Assembly: GCA_964577645.1 (NCBI GenBank)
Contig: CAZOAP010000001.1
Coordinates: 1-62,693 of the forward strand
Source of the DNA: an uncultured Ignavibacteriales bacterium
GTDB lineage: Bacteria > Bacteroidota > Ignavibacteria > Tepidaquicellales > OLB5
Direction of reading: 5' to 3'
Length of the DNA stretch: 62,693 nucleotides
The translations under genes and the position numbers were made by a program. This document shows, piece by piece, positions 1 to 8,887 of this stretch. Numbering within the stretch: the first letter of the stretch is position 1; each line of letters starts with the position of its first letter. Below the pieces are notes generated by a model, which had not been told where the DNA came from, made no database searches, and worked only from the letters and a program-made list of their open reading frames with translations.

Positions 1-1692
1 CCACTTACCGGAATAATTTCCGGCACCGCACAAATCACTTATTACAATTCAAGCCCCGATACTCTGGATAAACTTGTTTTAAGGTTATATCCCAACATTT
101 ATAAAAAGGACGCTATGCGTGATTACCCTTTCAAAAGCAGTGAAGAAAATAAGGGAATGATACTTCACTCAATTTCTGTTGGCAAAAAAAATTATGATAC
201 TAAAACTGATACTTCACTTGAATATTCAGGTACAAATTTATTTATCAAAAACCTGAATATTAATCCGGGCAAACAAACAACAATAAATGTTTCATGGGAG
301 TTTAAGATACCTAAAGAAGAAGGTATCAGGATGGGTCAATACGATTCGACCGTATTCTTTATTGCCTACTGGTATCCGCAGGTATCTGTATATGATGATA
401 TCGACGGCTGGGACCAGACAGAATATACCGGTAATGCTGAGTTTTATAATGATTTTAATAATTATGATGTAAAGATAACTTTGCCAAGCAACTATTGTTC
501 ATGGGCAACAGGTGAGCTTCAGAATCCTGAAGAACTATTTTCACAATCAATACTTTCAAGATACTCAGAAGCAACCACATCATTTAAAACTGTAAATATC
601 ATAACAGCAGATGATTATGCAAATAAAATCCCGATACTAAACACAGGTGCAGATACAAATATATGGCATTATATCGCAAAAGGTGTACCTGATTTTACTT
701 TTGGTACTTCAGCAAATTATTTATGGGATGGAAGAATGGCAGATGGCGGCGGGAAAAAAGTATTTGTAAGCTCAGTATATGATCAAACATCAATTTCGTT
801 TTACGAGGTTTGTGATATAGCAGCAAAAACCGTTGAGATGATGTCAAAGGATATGCCGGGTGTTATGTTCCCGTTCCCCAAGATCACTGTGTTCAACGGG
901 AGAGGCGGGATGGAATCACCCATGATGGTAAACATGGGTGCAGGCGAGCAGAGAATTTGGACAGTACATACTGTTGTACATGAAGTTGCGCATTCTTACT
1001 TCCCTTTTTACATGGGAATTAACGAACGTAAATATGCATGGATGGATGAAGGCTGGACGCAAATGCTTTCTGAAAATATACAATATGAAATTGATAAAAC
1101 AATCGATTTCCGCGCAAGGAATGTAAAAAGGTACCTGGATTATTCCGGCCAGTTTGATGAGGTACCAATGATGTACCCCAGCTATATGATACGAGGAGAA
1201 ATGTACGGCAACCACGCATACTTCAGGCCGGCAAATGCCTATAACATAATGAGAGACTTTATGGGTGATGCTGCATTTAAAAAGGCTTTGCAGGAGTTCA
1301 TAAAAAGATGGAACGGCAAACATCCTACCCCGTATGATTTCTTCTTTACTTTTGATGATGCCTCCGATGATGAGCTTGCATGGTTCTACCAGCCATGGTT
1401 TTTTGAGCATGGCTACCCTGATGTTGGCATTGATACTGCATATATAAAAGATGACATGCTTAAAATATCAGTTATAAAAGAAGGTGAGCTTCCTATTCCG
1501 GTTGCGGTCACTGTAAAATTCAAAGATGGAAGTGTAAAAAGGGCATACCGCTCAGCAACTGCATGGAAAAATGAAGAAGATGAAACGATCTGGATAGAGA
1601 TGGAAACTGACAAAAAACCCGCCTCAATAGAGCTTGGCAGCCAATATATACCTGATCTTGATTCAGCCAATAACTACTGGCTGTTTAAGTAA
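1..1692 (+). CDS. M1-family zinc metallopeptidase (aminopeptidase N-like), 5' end outside the window
   Basis: Frame 1 has no stop from nt 1 to the first ATG at 115, so the gene is cut by the window edge. The translation shows the gluzincin signature HEVAH-x18-E (HTVVHEVAHSYF...WMDEGW). Confidence 0.85.
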   Translation, partial: PLTGIISGTAQITYYNSSPDTLDKLVLRLYPNIYKKDAMRDYPFKSSEENKGMILHSISVGKKNYDTKTDTSLEYSGTNLFIKNLNINPGKQTTINVSWEFKIPKEEGIRMGQYDSTVFFIAYWYPQVSVYDDIDGWDQTEYTGNAEFYNDFNNYDVKITLPSNYCSWATGELQNPEELFSQSILSRYSEATTSFKTVNIITADDYANKIPILNTGADTNIWHYIAKGVPDFTFGTSANYLWDGRMADGGGKKVFVSSVYDQTSISFYEVCDIAAKTVEMMSKDMPGVMFPFPKITVFNGRGGMESPMMVNMGAGEQRIWTVHTVVHEVAHSYFPFYMGINERKYAWMDEGWTQMLSENIQYEIDKTIDFRARNVKRYLDYSGQFDEVPMMYPSYMIRGEMYGNHAYFRPANAYNIMRDFMGDAAFKKALQEFIKRWNGKHPTPYDFFFTFDDASDDELAWFYQPWFFEHGYPDVGIDTAYIKDDMLKISVIKEGELPIPVAVTVKFKDGSVKRAYRSATAWKNEEDETIWIEMETDKKPASIELGSQYIPDLDSANNYWLFK

Positions 1693-1698
1693 AATTTT

Positions 1699-3237
1699 AT
1701 GGATACTTTTAAAACTGATGATAAGGAGAAGTTTAATTATCTTGTTTTAATTCCTGCAGCTTTATTCTTTATTATCCAGATATTTTTTACATCAAACTAT
1801 CCAGTTTTCAGAGATGAGTTTTATTATCTTGAATGTGCTTCAAGGCTTTCTGCCGGGTATGTAGATCAGCCTCCGCTATCCATAATTATTTTAGCTGCAT
1901 GGAAGCTATTCTTTGGTGATTCATTACTCTCTATACGCATACTCCCTGCATTATTCGGCTCAGTATTCATTGTTATTACAGGATTACTTACCAGAGAGCT
2001 TGGCGGTAACAGAACTTCCCAGCTGTTCAGTGCCATTTCGGTTTTTTGTGCCCCTGTTTATTGGGGTATATGCAGTTTTTATTCAATGAATTCATTGGAT
2101 ATTTTGCTCTGGGTGATCTTACTGCTTATCCTTGTAAAGATACTTAATGACCCCAAACCTGTATTATGGATCCTTCTGGGTGTAACGGCCGGTGCAGGAC
2201 TTATGAATAAAATAAGCGTTGGTTTTTTTGGCTTAGCTTTAATATTTTCACTTCCCTTTACGCCTTACCGAAAATTCTTAAAGGATAAATATTTCTGGCT
2301 ATTTGGTATAATATCATTCATTTTTTTCTTACCATATATTATATGGAATGTTACACATGACTGGGCAGCAATTGAATTTATGAAAAATGCATCCTTATAT
2401 AAGAACGCTCATTTATCACCCGGTAATTTTATAAAAGAGCTTTTTTTGCAGGTTAATCCGCTCAACTCCATTATTTGCATAACAGGAATAGTATCATTAT
2501 TCATTGCAAAGGATGTAAAAAAATACCGCATTCTTGTTCTATTATTTTTATTTTCACTTTTGATAGTATATCTTTCAAACGGTAAGCCTTATTATATGGC
2601 GGTAACTTATCCTGTCTTAATATGTACCGGCTCCGTTGTTATAAGCAGGATCTTTGGATCCCGAAAACTAAGAATAATACAATATTCATATTCTGTTCTG
2701 CTGATAACCGGTATGTTATTTCTTTTACCTTTAGTGGTTCCTGTACTTCCTCCCGGTGAAGCAGCTGCATATATGCAAAAGCTTGGCATTGTACCTTCAA
2801 CAGGAGAAAACCATAAGGCTGCATTATTACCGCAGACATTTGCTGACAGGTTCGGCTGGATTGAAATGACAGCAGAAGTCGCAAATGTTTTCAGCTCGCT
2901 GCCCGAAGAAGAAAAAAAGAATACTTATATATTTACCGGTAATTACGGAGAAGCAAGAGCAATAAACTATTATGGAAAAAGCATGAACCTGCCGCGCGCT
3001 ATAAGCGGTCATAATAATTTCTACTTCTGGCCGCCGGATAAAGATAATATAACAACATTAATTGTTATAGGGGTTAGCAGAGAAGATATTCAGGAATTTT
3101 TTGATGATGTTACTGAAGCAGGAAGAGTTGAAAGCAGTTATTCTGTTCCTTATGAAAATGATATCCCGGTTTTTATTGCAAGGAAACCTAAATATAATAT
3201 AAAGGAGATCTGGCCAAAGTTAAAACATTACATTTAA
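1699..3237 (+). CDS. ArnT/PMT-type polytopic membrane glycosyltransferase (GT39/GT83-like)
   Basis: Many hydrophobic helices. The N-terminal loop FRDEFYYLECASRL..GYVDQPPL is typical of this family. It starts 7 nt after the peptidase stop. Confidence 0.7.
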   Translation: MDTFKTDDKEKFNYLVLIPAALFFIIQIFFTSNYPVFRDEFYYLECASRLSAGYVDQPPLSIIILAAWKLFFGDSLLSIRILPALFGSVFIVITGLLTRELGGNRTSQLFSAISVFCAPVYWGICSFYSMNSLDILLWVILLLILVKILNDPKPVLWILLGVTAGAGLMNKISVGFFGLALIFSLPFTPYRKFLKDKYFWLFGIISFIFFLPYIIWNVTHDWAAIEFMKNASLYKNAHLSPGNFIKELFLQVNPLNSIICITGIVSLFIAKDVKKYRILVLLFLFSLLIVYLSNGKPYYMAVTYPVLICTGSVVISRIFGSRKLRIIQYSYSVLLITGMLFLLPLVVPVLPPGEAAAYMQKLGIVPSTGENHKAALLPQTFADRFGWIEMTAEVANVFSSLPEEEKKNTYIFTGNYGEARAINYYGKSMNLPRAISGHNNFYFWPPDKDNITTLIVIGVSREDIQEFFDDVTEAGRVESSYSVPYENDIPVFIARKPKYNIKEIWPKLKHYI

Positions 3238-4700
3238 TTCTGGGTGTATTTTCTCTGTATAATTTCTTCTGTCTTATCAAGCAGCCACTTTCTGCTGCTG
3301 ACCATATCACACTCTAAAATATTTTTTTTAATATCTTCTGCCGATGTTTTGAATGAATATCTTGCTTTACATATCATAGATATGAATTTTATGAAATTAG
3401 CTGAAAATTTCCTGTGATTTTTACTAAGCAGCTTATCGTTCATTATATATTTTCTGTATGTTTCTATCTGCATAAGTACTTCTTCAATATTTCCAAGCTC
3501 GTAATATATCATAATAGAGGTTATCCTTGCATGAAGCTTCAGCTGCATATCGGCGTTTGAGATATTATCAATATAATATTTAGCTTTATCATATTCCTTT
3601 GTTCTCAAATACAGCTTTGCTTTACAATGATTATAAGAGCTTTCCTGGTTCTCCGGTGCCAGCTTTTTATGGTATTTTTCTATGAATTCCTCTACCCATT
3701 CAACCTCATCAAGCTTAAGCCCCAGTGTCACAACATTGCTGAATATCTCCTTATCAAAATAACCGCCTTTTACCCTGCTGATAAGATCCCTTGAAATAAG
3801 ATATTTATCCATTTCAAATATAAGCTTAAAGAATTCTTCTTTGCCTTTATAAGCTGCATTAATGCTTAAATTAGAGATCACGGTCAACCCGTCTTTTCTG
3901 TCATCATCATCCAAAAGTATATCATCATTACATAGATCATTCTTTATTTGTTCCAGAAGATCCTCTTTGGAATTATCCTTCAGTACAAGTATTTCCTTAT
4001 AAAGCAGTTCAAGAGGTTTATTTTTCAGGAAATGACTGCCTTCGTTTTCAAGGAATTTGATAATATAATCCAGAAGGTCAAGATCAAAATCAAATGATAT
4101 AGTAAGTGATTTATTCAGTAGGTACCTGTAGCTCTGCAATATTGATATCAGGAAGAATGAAGTTAAATACATGGATTCATCCAGCAGTTTTTCATCAGGT
4201 TTATCCTTAATTGTAAGCGGCCTGAAATACCTGGAATAAATAATATGTTTGAATTTTTCGAGCCTGTACCTTGTTTCATAATAGCTTCTGTTCTTCAGTT
4301 CCTGTTTATCCAGTGATTTTTCAAGGTTATTGATATTCTTTTGGGCTCCTTTATCAGCTCCAAGCTCAAGCAGTGCATTTATCAAATGCATGTTTTCAGA
4401 ATTTTCCTGTGTTTTCATATCATTGTATGCAAGGTATTGCTCAGTCAGTTCGGTCAGCCTGAATATTATCATTCTCATGAAACTGTCATTATACTCTGCA
4501 GGAGAAAACAATTTATGATAGATAAATTCCTTTTCTATTTTTGCCGGTTTAAACTCCGGATGATTTACACGAAGGTATTCGAAAAGTTTTTCAGCACTTT
4601 CATTCTTATTGAAAAAAGGTGACTTAACAAAATCGCTAAGCTCTTTCATCTGTTTTGATGACAGCTTAGTAAGAAGCTCTACAAGATAAGTTTTTTTCAT
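3234..4700 (-). CDS. Uncharacterised all-helical (TPR-like) protein, apparent paralog of 41995..43515
   Basis: Long uninterrupted ORF rich in K/E/L/Y with no TM segment or signal peptide. The N-terminal pattern L..LL..LS.K..K.....F...(gap)..KLFE is shared with the 506-aa ORF at 41995..43515. Its stop overlaps the convergent gene by 4 nt (TTAA). Confidence 0.6.
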   Translation of the reverse strand: MKKTYLVELLTKLSSKQMKELSDFVKSPFFNKNESAEKLFEYLRVNHPEFKPAKIEKEFIYHKLFSPAEYNDSFMRMIIFRLTELTEQYLAYNDMKTQENSENMHLINALLELGADKGAQKNINNLEKSLDKQELKNRSYYETRYRLEKFKHIIYSRYFRPLTIKDKPDEKLLDESMYLTSFFLISILQSYRYLLNKSLTISFDFDLDLLDYIIKFLENEGSHFLKNKPLELLYKEILVLKDNSKEDLLEQIKNDLCNDDILLDDDDRKDGLTVISNLSINAAYKGKEEFFKLIFEMDKYLISRDLISRVKGGYFDKEIFSNVVTLGLKLDEVEWVEEFIEKYHKKLAPENQESSYNHCKAKLYLRTKEYDKAKYYIDNISNADMQLKLHARITSIMIYYELGNIEEVLMQIETYRKYIMNDKLLSKNHRKFSANFIKFISMICKARYSFKTSAEDIKKNILECDMVSSRKWLLDKTEEIIQRKYTQN

Positions 4701-4971
4701 TATTGAAAACTTTTAGTAATTTTAATCCTGCCAAATTATTGCAAATAAAACGATTTTTAGCCCTTTTTTTGTGCCTGAGGCACTCTTTTAAGTTTCATAA
4801 AGAAACATTGAAACAGAATATTCCGCAAGTCCTTTATGGTAACAATTCAAAAAAACCTTCTTGAAATATTCAAAGAAATAAACCAAAAAAAGCACTTACC
4901 GCTTATGAGGTCTGTAATGATACGTAAAAATCCTTCAATATGTTTCTTTGAAGAACAGCAATGCTTACGGC

Positions 4972-4979
4972 TATCTTTG
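4972..4979 (+). promoter_or_regulatory. Candidate FCB-type -7 promoter box TATCTTTG, with TTTG at 4947-4950 as a possible -33
   Basis: Exact TAnnTTTG match 34 nt upstream of the ATG at 5013. A TTTG lies 21 nt upstream of the box. Confidence 0.4.
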
Positions 4980-5012
4980 TATCGAAAATAATTATTCTCA
5001 AATCCAATAAAA

Positions 5013-5351
5013 ATGAAAAACAGTTTTTTAGCACGGGAGGTTTACAGCTTTGAAGAAAACCAAATACCGGAAGCTCCGGATTTTCCGGGGTCAGTTTACG
5101 CAGCAACAGGAAGCATGAAAGGTGAAATACTGCTTCAATGGGATGCAGTAAGAGATGCAAGCAAATATATCATACAGATCTCCAAAAAAAATTCAGCTGA
5201 AAGTACCTGGGAACAGTATGATATAGTTAAAGACCCGCTTTACTGTATTACAGGATTAAAACCGGGTAAAGTGTATTCCTTCAGGGTTGCAGCAGTATAT
5301 CAAGGATGTATCGGCAGGTGGAGCGGTACTGTAACAAAAAAAGTAAAATAA
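5013..5351 (+). CDS. Small fibronectin type III domain protein with no signal peptide
   Basis: FN3-like pattern PEAP..PG.V.A......GEILLQWDAV.DASKYIIQ......W.......PLY.ITGLKPGKVYSFRVAAV. Confidence 0.65.
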   Translation: MKNSFLAREVYSFEENQIPEAPDFPGSVYAATGSMKGEILLQWDAVRDASKYIIQISKKNSAESTWEQYDIVKDPLYCITGLKPGKVYSFRVAAVYQGCIGRWSGTVTKKVK

Positions 5352-5399
5352 ATAACATTAGCATTAATTATAAATAAATATCAAAAGAAAGAAAAAGAA

Positions 5400-7283
5400 A
5401 TGAAACACGAAACAACACAATGGTTCACATTATTTTTAGCTGCATTAGTATTGGGGATTTCTCTGAATCTGTTTGCACAGGTTAAAGAACTTCCCCCCTT
5501 AAAAATTCAATATTCAAATTCAAACGGTGATGTTAATAATCCGTTATTAACAGATATACAGCCGCCTGCAAAGGAAAAAAGCGCTCAGCTTATAACACTT
5601 GAAAATCAACTTGAATCAGCAAGGCTCTCCGGTAATGTTATGGCAGCACGCCAGATACAGGAACAGATAAATATATTACAGGGAACTACTGAAGTTCACC
5701 AGCCTATGCTGAATTCAGATTATCATTCAGGTACTGTTGAAAACGGTTACGAAGGAGATTATAACCAGGCAACAATACATTCATGGAGCATATATTCACA
5801 TGCATTTGGTGTTGCGCCAACAGGCTCAAATGTTGCCGGTAGATTGTTTTACTTGCTTACACAGGATTCACAATCAGGATCAGATTCCCTGAAGCTGATG
5901 TATTCCACAAACAATGGTGCATCATGGTTCACATTAATGTGGACAAGTATGACCGGTTATTCATTCAATAAGGATGAAATGGATCTTGAGGTTGTTTATG
6001 ACGGTACGAATACATGGGTTTTCGCGGTTGTTGGCTTAACGGATAATTCCGATAACAGGAAAAAAGTATATTTCATGCGGCAGAAGGCTGATGGTGCAGG
6101 TTATTACTGGACTATCCTTAACTATCCCGGCAACGGTGCAGGTATGAATTATTATAACCCCAGAATTACAAGCGATAATACAAATTATACTTCCAATGCT
6201 TATGTTATGATGATATGCTCGATGGATTCACTTGCAGGTGCTAATCATTTCACCAAACAGAAATACTTGTATTCAAGCACACCGTTTGATGCAACCCCCG
6301 GACTCAACTATATTCAGCCAAACGGTACCACAGGATTTTACTGGAATACCGCAAACAATACAAACGGTTCAACATACCTGAATGGTGATATAGCTTATTA
6401 TAAAGATGATGGCGGCACAGGCGGAGGAAGGGTAATGACAGTTTATAATTGTTTCAACAGCGGATATAACAGTATTTATATAGCCTATTTAAACGGTTAC
6501 AGCACTTCAGGCGGCAATATGGTTGTTACCGAAACAAATGTTAACAAAGATCTGAGAATTGCTTTTAATGGCGGGGCAAATATACGAACAGGTATGATAA
6601 CTTATGTAAGGCAATTCAATTCATCAAGTGACTGGGATATTTTTGGATTAAGAACAAACAATGGCGGCAGCACTGCCGGTGACTGGACAAGAGATACACT
6701 GGATTACTCCGGTGACAGGGCAAGAACTTGTGATCTAATAGCAGTAAGAAATACAGCAAACCAGTATAAAGTGTGCTATGCTCAGGATAACCCTACAGCA
6801 CCGGCCGGATATTACACACAATACACCGGTTCAGGCTGGTCACCCAAAATACAGATGACATCATCTGTTCCTGATACAAACTGGGCGGAACCAAGAGCAG
6901 GATATATACTTGGCAGCGGTGATAATGGTATTGGAATATGGTCATTAATGAATGGATATAACGGTTACTGCTCAAGAAATATGACATCTACCACTGGTAT
7001 TATTAATTCAGAAATTCCCGGCGGTTTTTCATTGGCACAGAATTATCCAAATCCTTTTAACCCAAGTACAACAATTAAATTTGCTTTACCTGTAAGCGGC
7101 CTTGTGACCTTAAAAGTCTACGATATAACAGGAAGGCTTGTTTCTGAAATTATCAATCAGAATTTACAGGCAGGTACACATGAAGTGAATTTTAATGCAG
7201 CAAATCTTTCAAGCGGTGCATATTTCTATAAGCTTGAAACCAAAGGATTTTCAGATATTAAGAAAATGATGTTAGTAAAATAA
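5400..7283 (+). CDS. Secreted protein with T9SS (Por) C-terminal sorting domain; N-terminal part unknown, possibly propeller-like
   Basis: N-terminal signal peptide (FTLFLAALVLGISLNLFAQ). The C-terminus LAQNYPNPFNPSTTIKFALP...LKVYDITGRLV...SGAYFYKLE...KKMMLVK is the classic T9SS CTD. Confidence 0.85.
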   Translation: MKHETTQWFTLFLAALVLGISLNLFAQVKELPPLKIQYSNSNGDVNNPLLTDIQPPAKEKSAQLITLENQLESARLSGNVMAARQIQEQINILQGTTEVHQPMLNSDYHSGTVENGYEGDYNQATIHSWSIYSHAFGVAPTGSNVAGRLFYLLTQDSQSGSDSLKLMYSTNNGASWFTLMWTSMTGYSFNKDEMDLEVVYDGTNTWVFAVVGLTDNSDNRKKVYFMRQKADGAGYYWTILNYPGNGAGMNYYNPRITSDNTNYTSNAYVMMICSMDSLAGANHFTKQKYLYSSTPFDATPGLNYIQPNGTTGFYWNTANNTNGSTYLNGDIAYYKDDGGTGGGRVMTVYNCFNSGYNSIYIAYLNGYSTSGGNMVVTETNVNKDLRIAFNGGANIRTGMITYVRQFNSSSDWDIFGLRTNNGGSTAGDWTRDTLDYSGDRARTCDLIAVRNTANQYKVCYAQDNPTAPAGYYTQYTGSGWSPKIQMTSSVPDTNWAEPRAGYILGSGDNGIGIWSLMNGYNGYCSRNMTSTTGIINSEIPGGFSLAQNYPNPFNPSTTIKFALPVSGLVTLKVYDITGRLVSEIINQNLQAGTHEVNFNAANLSSGAYFYKLETKGFSDIKKMMLVK

Positions 7284-7290
7284 TCATTCA

Positions 7291-7329
7291 CTCATCCGGT
7301 GACTTCAGGTCACCGGATGAGTTTAATTT
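7291..7329 (+). terminator. Rho-independent terminator (13-bp stem, 5-nt loop, T-rich tail)
   Basis: CTCATCCGGTGAC-ttcag-GTCACCGGATGAG at 7291-7321, followed by TTTAATTTT. It starts 8 nt after the stop at 7283. Confidence 0.8.
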
Positions 7330-7350
7330 TAAAATTAAGGAGAACACAAA

Positions 7351-7560
7351 ATGCTTGACGATTTAACAAGATCAGTAAAAGAAGCCGTAAGTGACGGCAT
7401 AAATAATCCGGAACATACTTCCGGTTCGGGATTTTTTCAGAACATATTAACAAGATTCAAAGGCAGGCTGATATTTTCTGCTATATTTTTCCTTGTTTTC
7501 GCAGCTGTTGCTATAGGAATAATACTCATGGTATTGTTCTTTGTCTTCAAAGCAATGTAA
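7351..7560 (+). CDS. Small tail-anchored membrane protein (69 aa)
   Basis: AAGGAG Shine-Dalgarno-like sequence 8 nt upstream of the ATG. The N-terminus is hydrophilic and the C-terminus has one long hydrophobic helix (LIFSAIFFLVFAAVAIGIILMVLFFVF). Confidence 0.55.
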   Translation: MLDDLTRSVKEAVSDGINNPEHTSGSGFFQNILTRFKGRLIFSAIFFLVFAAVAIGIILMVLFFVFKAM

Positions 7561-7582
7561 TTTCATATAACGGAGAATAAAA

Positions 7583-8887
7583 ATGAGAACATTAAAAATT
7601 TTTCTGATACTGCTTGTGATACAGGGGGGAATTTATTCACAGCATATAACAAATACGCTTGGCACAAACGGTATATTTAAGATAAAAGATAATACAAATG
7701 AATATTTTACTCTTAGCCAGTTAACCGGACTTGTTACAATTTCAAAAACGCTGGAACTTGGAAATGTTCAGGGCTCTACATCTACAATTGGTGTTATAAC
7801 TAAAGGCGGTGATAGATTTATTCATAATTATTTTACCCCGAACTCAAATGGAAATAATACTTTTGTGGGAATATTTTCAGGAAACTTCACAATGTCAGGT
7901 GCAAGCTATAATACAGCTATGGGGGTCAGCTCATTGAGTTCCCTGACAACAGGAAACTATAATTCCGGTTTTGGAATCAATTCATTGCGATTTAACACAA
8001 CCGGAGGCCAAAATTCAGCTTTTGGTGTACAATCCCTTATGTCCAATACAACAGGTTCTACAAATTCTGCATTTGGTTACAATTCACTTTCAGATAATGT
8101 AAACGGAGCAAATAACTCTGCTTTCGGGTATTTTTCTCTCACAAAAAATTCATCAGGAAGTTATAACACAGCCTTTGGACACTCTTCATTGCAAAACAAT
8201 ATTACCGGTAACTCTAATTCATCATTCGGATATTTTTCCTTGAACAGTTCGACCGGAACTGGTAACTCAAGTTTTGGGAATTCATCACTTTCTTCAACTA
8301 CAGGAAATAATAATACTGCTTTGGGTTATTTAGCAGGCGATGGCTTAACAACAGGCTCAAATAATATAATTCTAGGGTATAACTCTGATGTACCAACCAG
8401 TACAGCAAATAACCAGGTGAGGATCGGCAATACAGCTATTACATATGCAGGAATACAGGTTGCATGGACCATTACCAGCGACAGAAGATGGAAATCAAAT
8501 ATTACTGAATCTAACTTAGGTCTGGATTTTATTTCAAAACTCAGACCGGTTTCATATACACGTATTAATGATGAGAAACAGAAAACTGAATATGGTTTTA
8601 TTGCACAGGAACTGGAAGAAGCGCTTAACAATTCAAATGTACAAAACCCGGGTATGATAACAATAGATGATAAAGGCAATTATGAATTAAGGTATAACGA
8701 CCTGCTTGCTCCTATGGTAAAAGCTATTCAGGAATTGAAAGCTGAGAACGATAAATTAAAGGAGGAAAACTCTATGTTAGCTGATGAGATTACTAAGCTA
8801 AGATCAATTGAAGAAAGACTTGCAAAACTGGAAGTAAAGGTTATGAAAGAAGAAATATTAAATGAAGTTAAAATGTCAGAAAAATGA
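7583..8887 (+). CDS. Tail-fiber-domain protein: signal peptide, ~17-aa YadA-head-like repeats, peptidase S74 intramolecular-chaperone domain, coiled coil
   Basis: Signal peptide MRTLKIFLILLVIQGGIYSQ. About ten repeats of N(S/T)AFGY.SL..N.TG.. follow. The block SDRRWKSNI....GLDFISKLRPVSYT......TEYGFIAQELEE...LRYNDLLAPMVKAIQEL matches the endosialidase-chaperone (S74) domain. The C-terminal heptads are ENDKLKEEN..L..EI.KL. Confidence 0.8.
   Translation: MRTLKIFLILLVIQGGIYSQHITNTLGTNGIFKIKDNTNEYFTLSQLTGLVTISKTLELGNVQGSTSTIGVITKGGDRFIHNYFTPNSNGNNTFVGIFSGNFTMSGASYNTAMGVSSLSSLTTGNYNSGFGINSLRFNTTGGQNSAFGVQSLMSNTTGSTNSAFGYNSLSDNVNGANNSAFGYFSLTKNSSGSYNTAFGHSSLQNNITGNSNSSFGYFSLNSSTGTGNSSFGNSSLSSTTGNNNTALGYLAGDGLTTGSNNIILGYNSDVPTSTANNQVRIGNTAITYAGIQVAWTITSDRRWKSNITESNLGLDFISKLRPVSYTRINDEKQKTEYGFIAQELEEALNNSNVQNPGMITIDDKGNYELRYNDLLAPMVKAIQELKAENDKLKEENSMLADEITKLRSIEERLAKLEVKVMKEEILNEVKMSEK
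7853..8386 (+). repeat. In-frame tandem repeat region (~51-nt / 17-aa unit, about 10 degenerate copies) inside the tail-fiber-domain gene
   Basis: Repeats read directly from the translation: NTAMGVSSLSSLTTGNY / NSGFGINSLRFNTTGGQ / NSAFGVQSLMSNTTGST / NSAFGYNSLSDNVNGAN / NSAFGYFSLTKNSSGSY / NTAFGHSSLQNNITGNS ... Confidence 0.8.

Noticed and set aside
5349-5402. The FN3 ORF (5013..5351) and the T9SS cargo ORF (5400..7283) are in the same frame. They are separated by a single TAA and 16 sense codons, which suggests stop-codon read-through or a split pseudogene.
   Set aside because: The downstream ORF has its own start and a normal N-terminal signal peptide, which would be internal and misplaced in a fusion. 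Being in the same frame has a one-in-three chance, and 16 stop-free codons is not improbable. Only an orthologous fused gene would revive the idea.
7583-8887. A tail-fiber/S74 domain as evidence of a prophage or phage-tail-like particle.
   Set aside because: No capsid, portal, terminase, sheath, tube, baseplate, integrase or lysis genes occur anywhere in the 62.7-kb window. The flanking genes are T9SS cargo and a permease.
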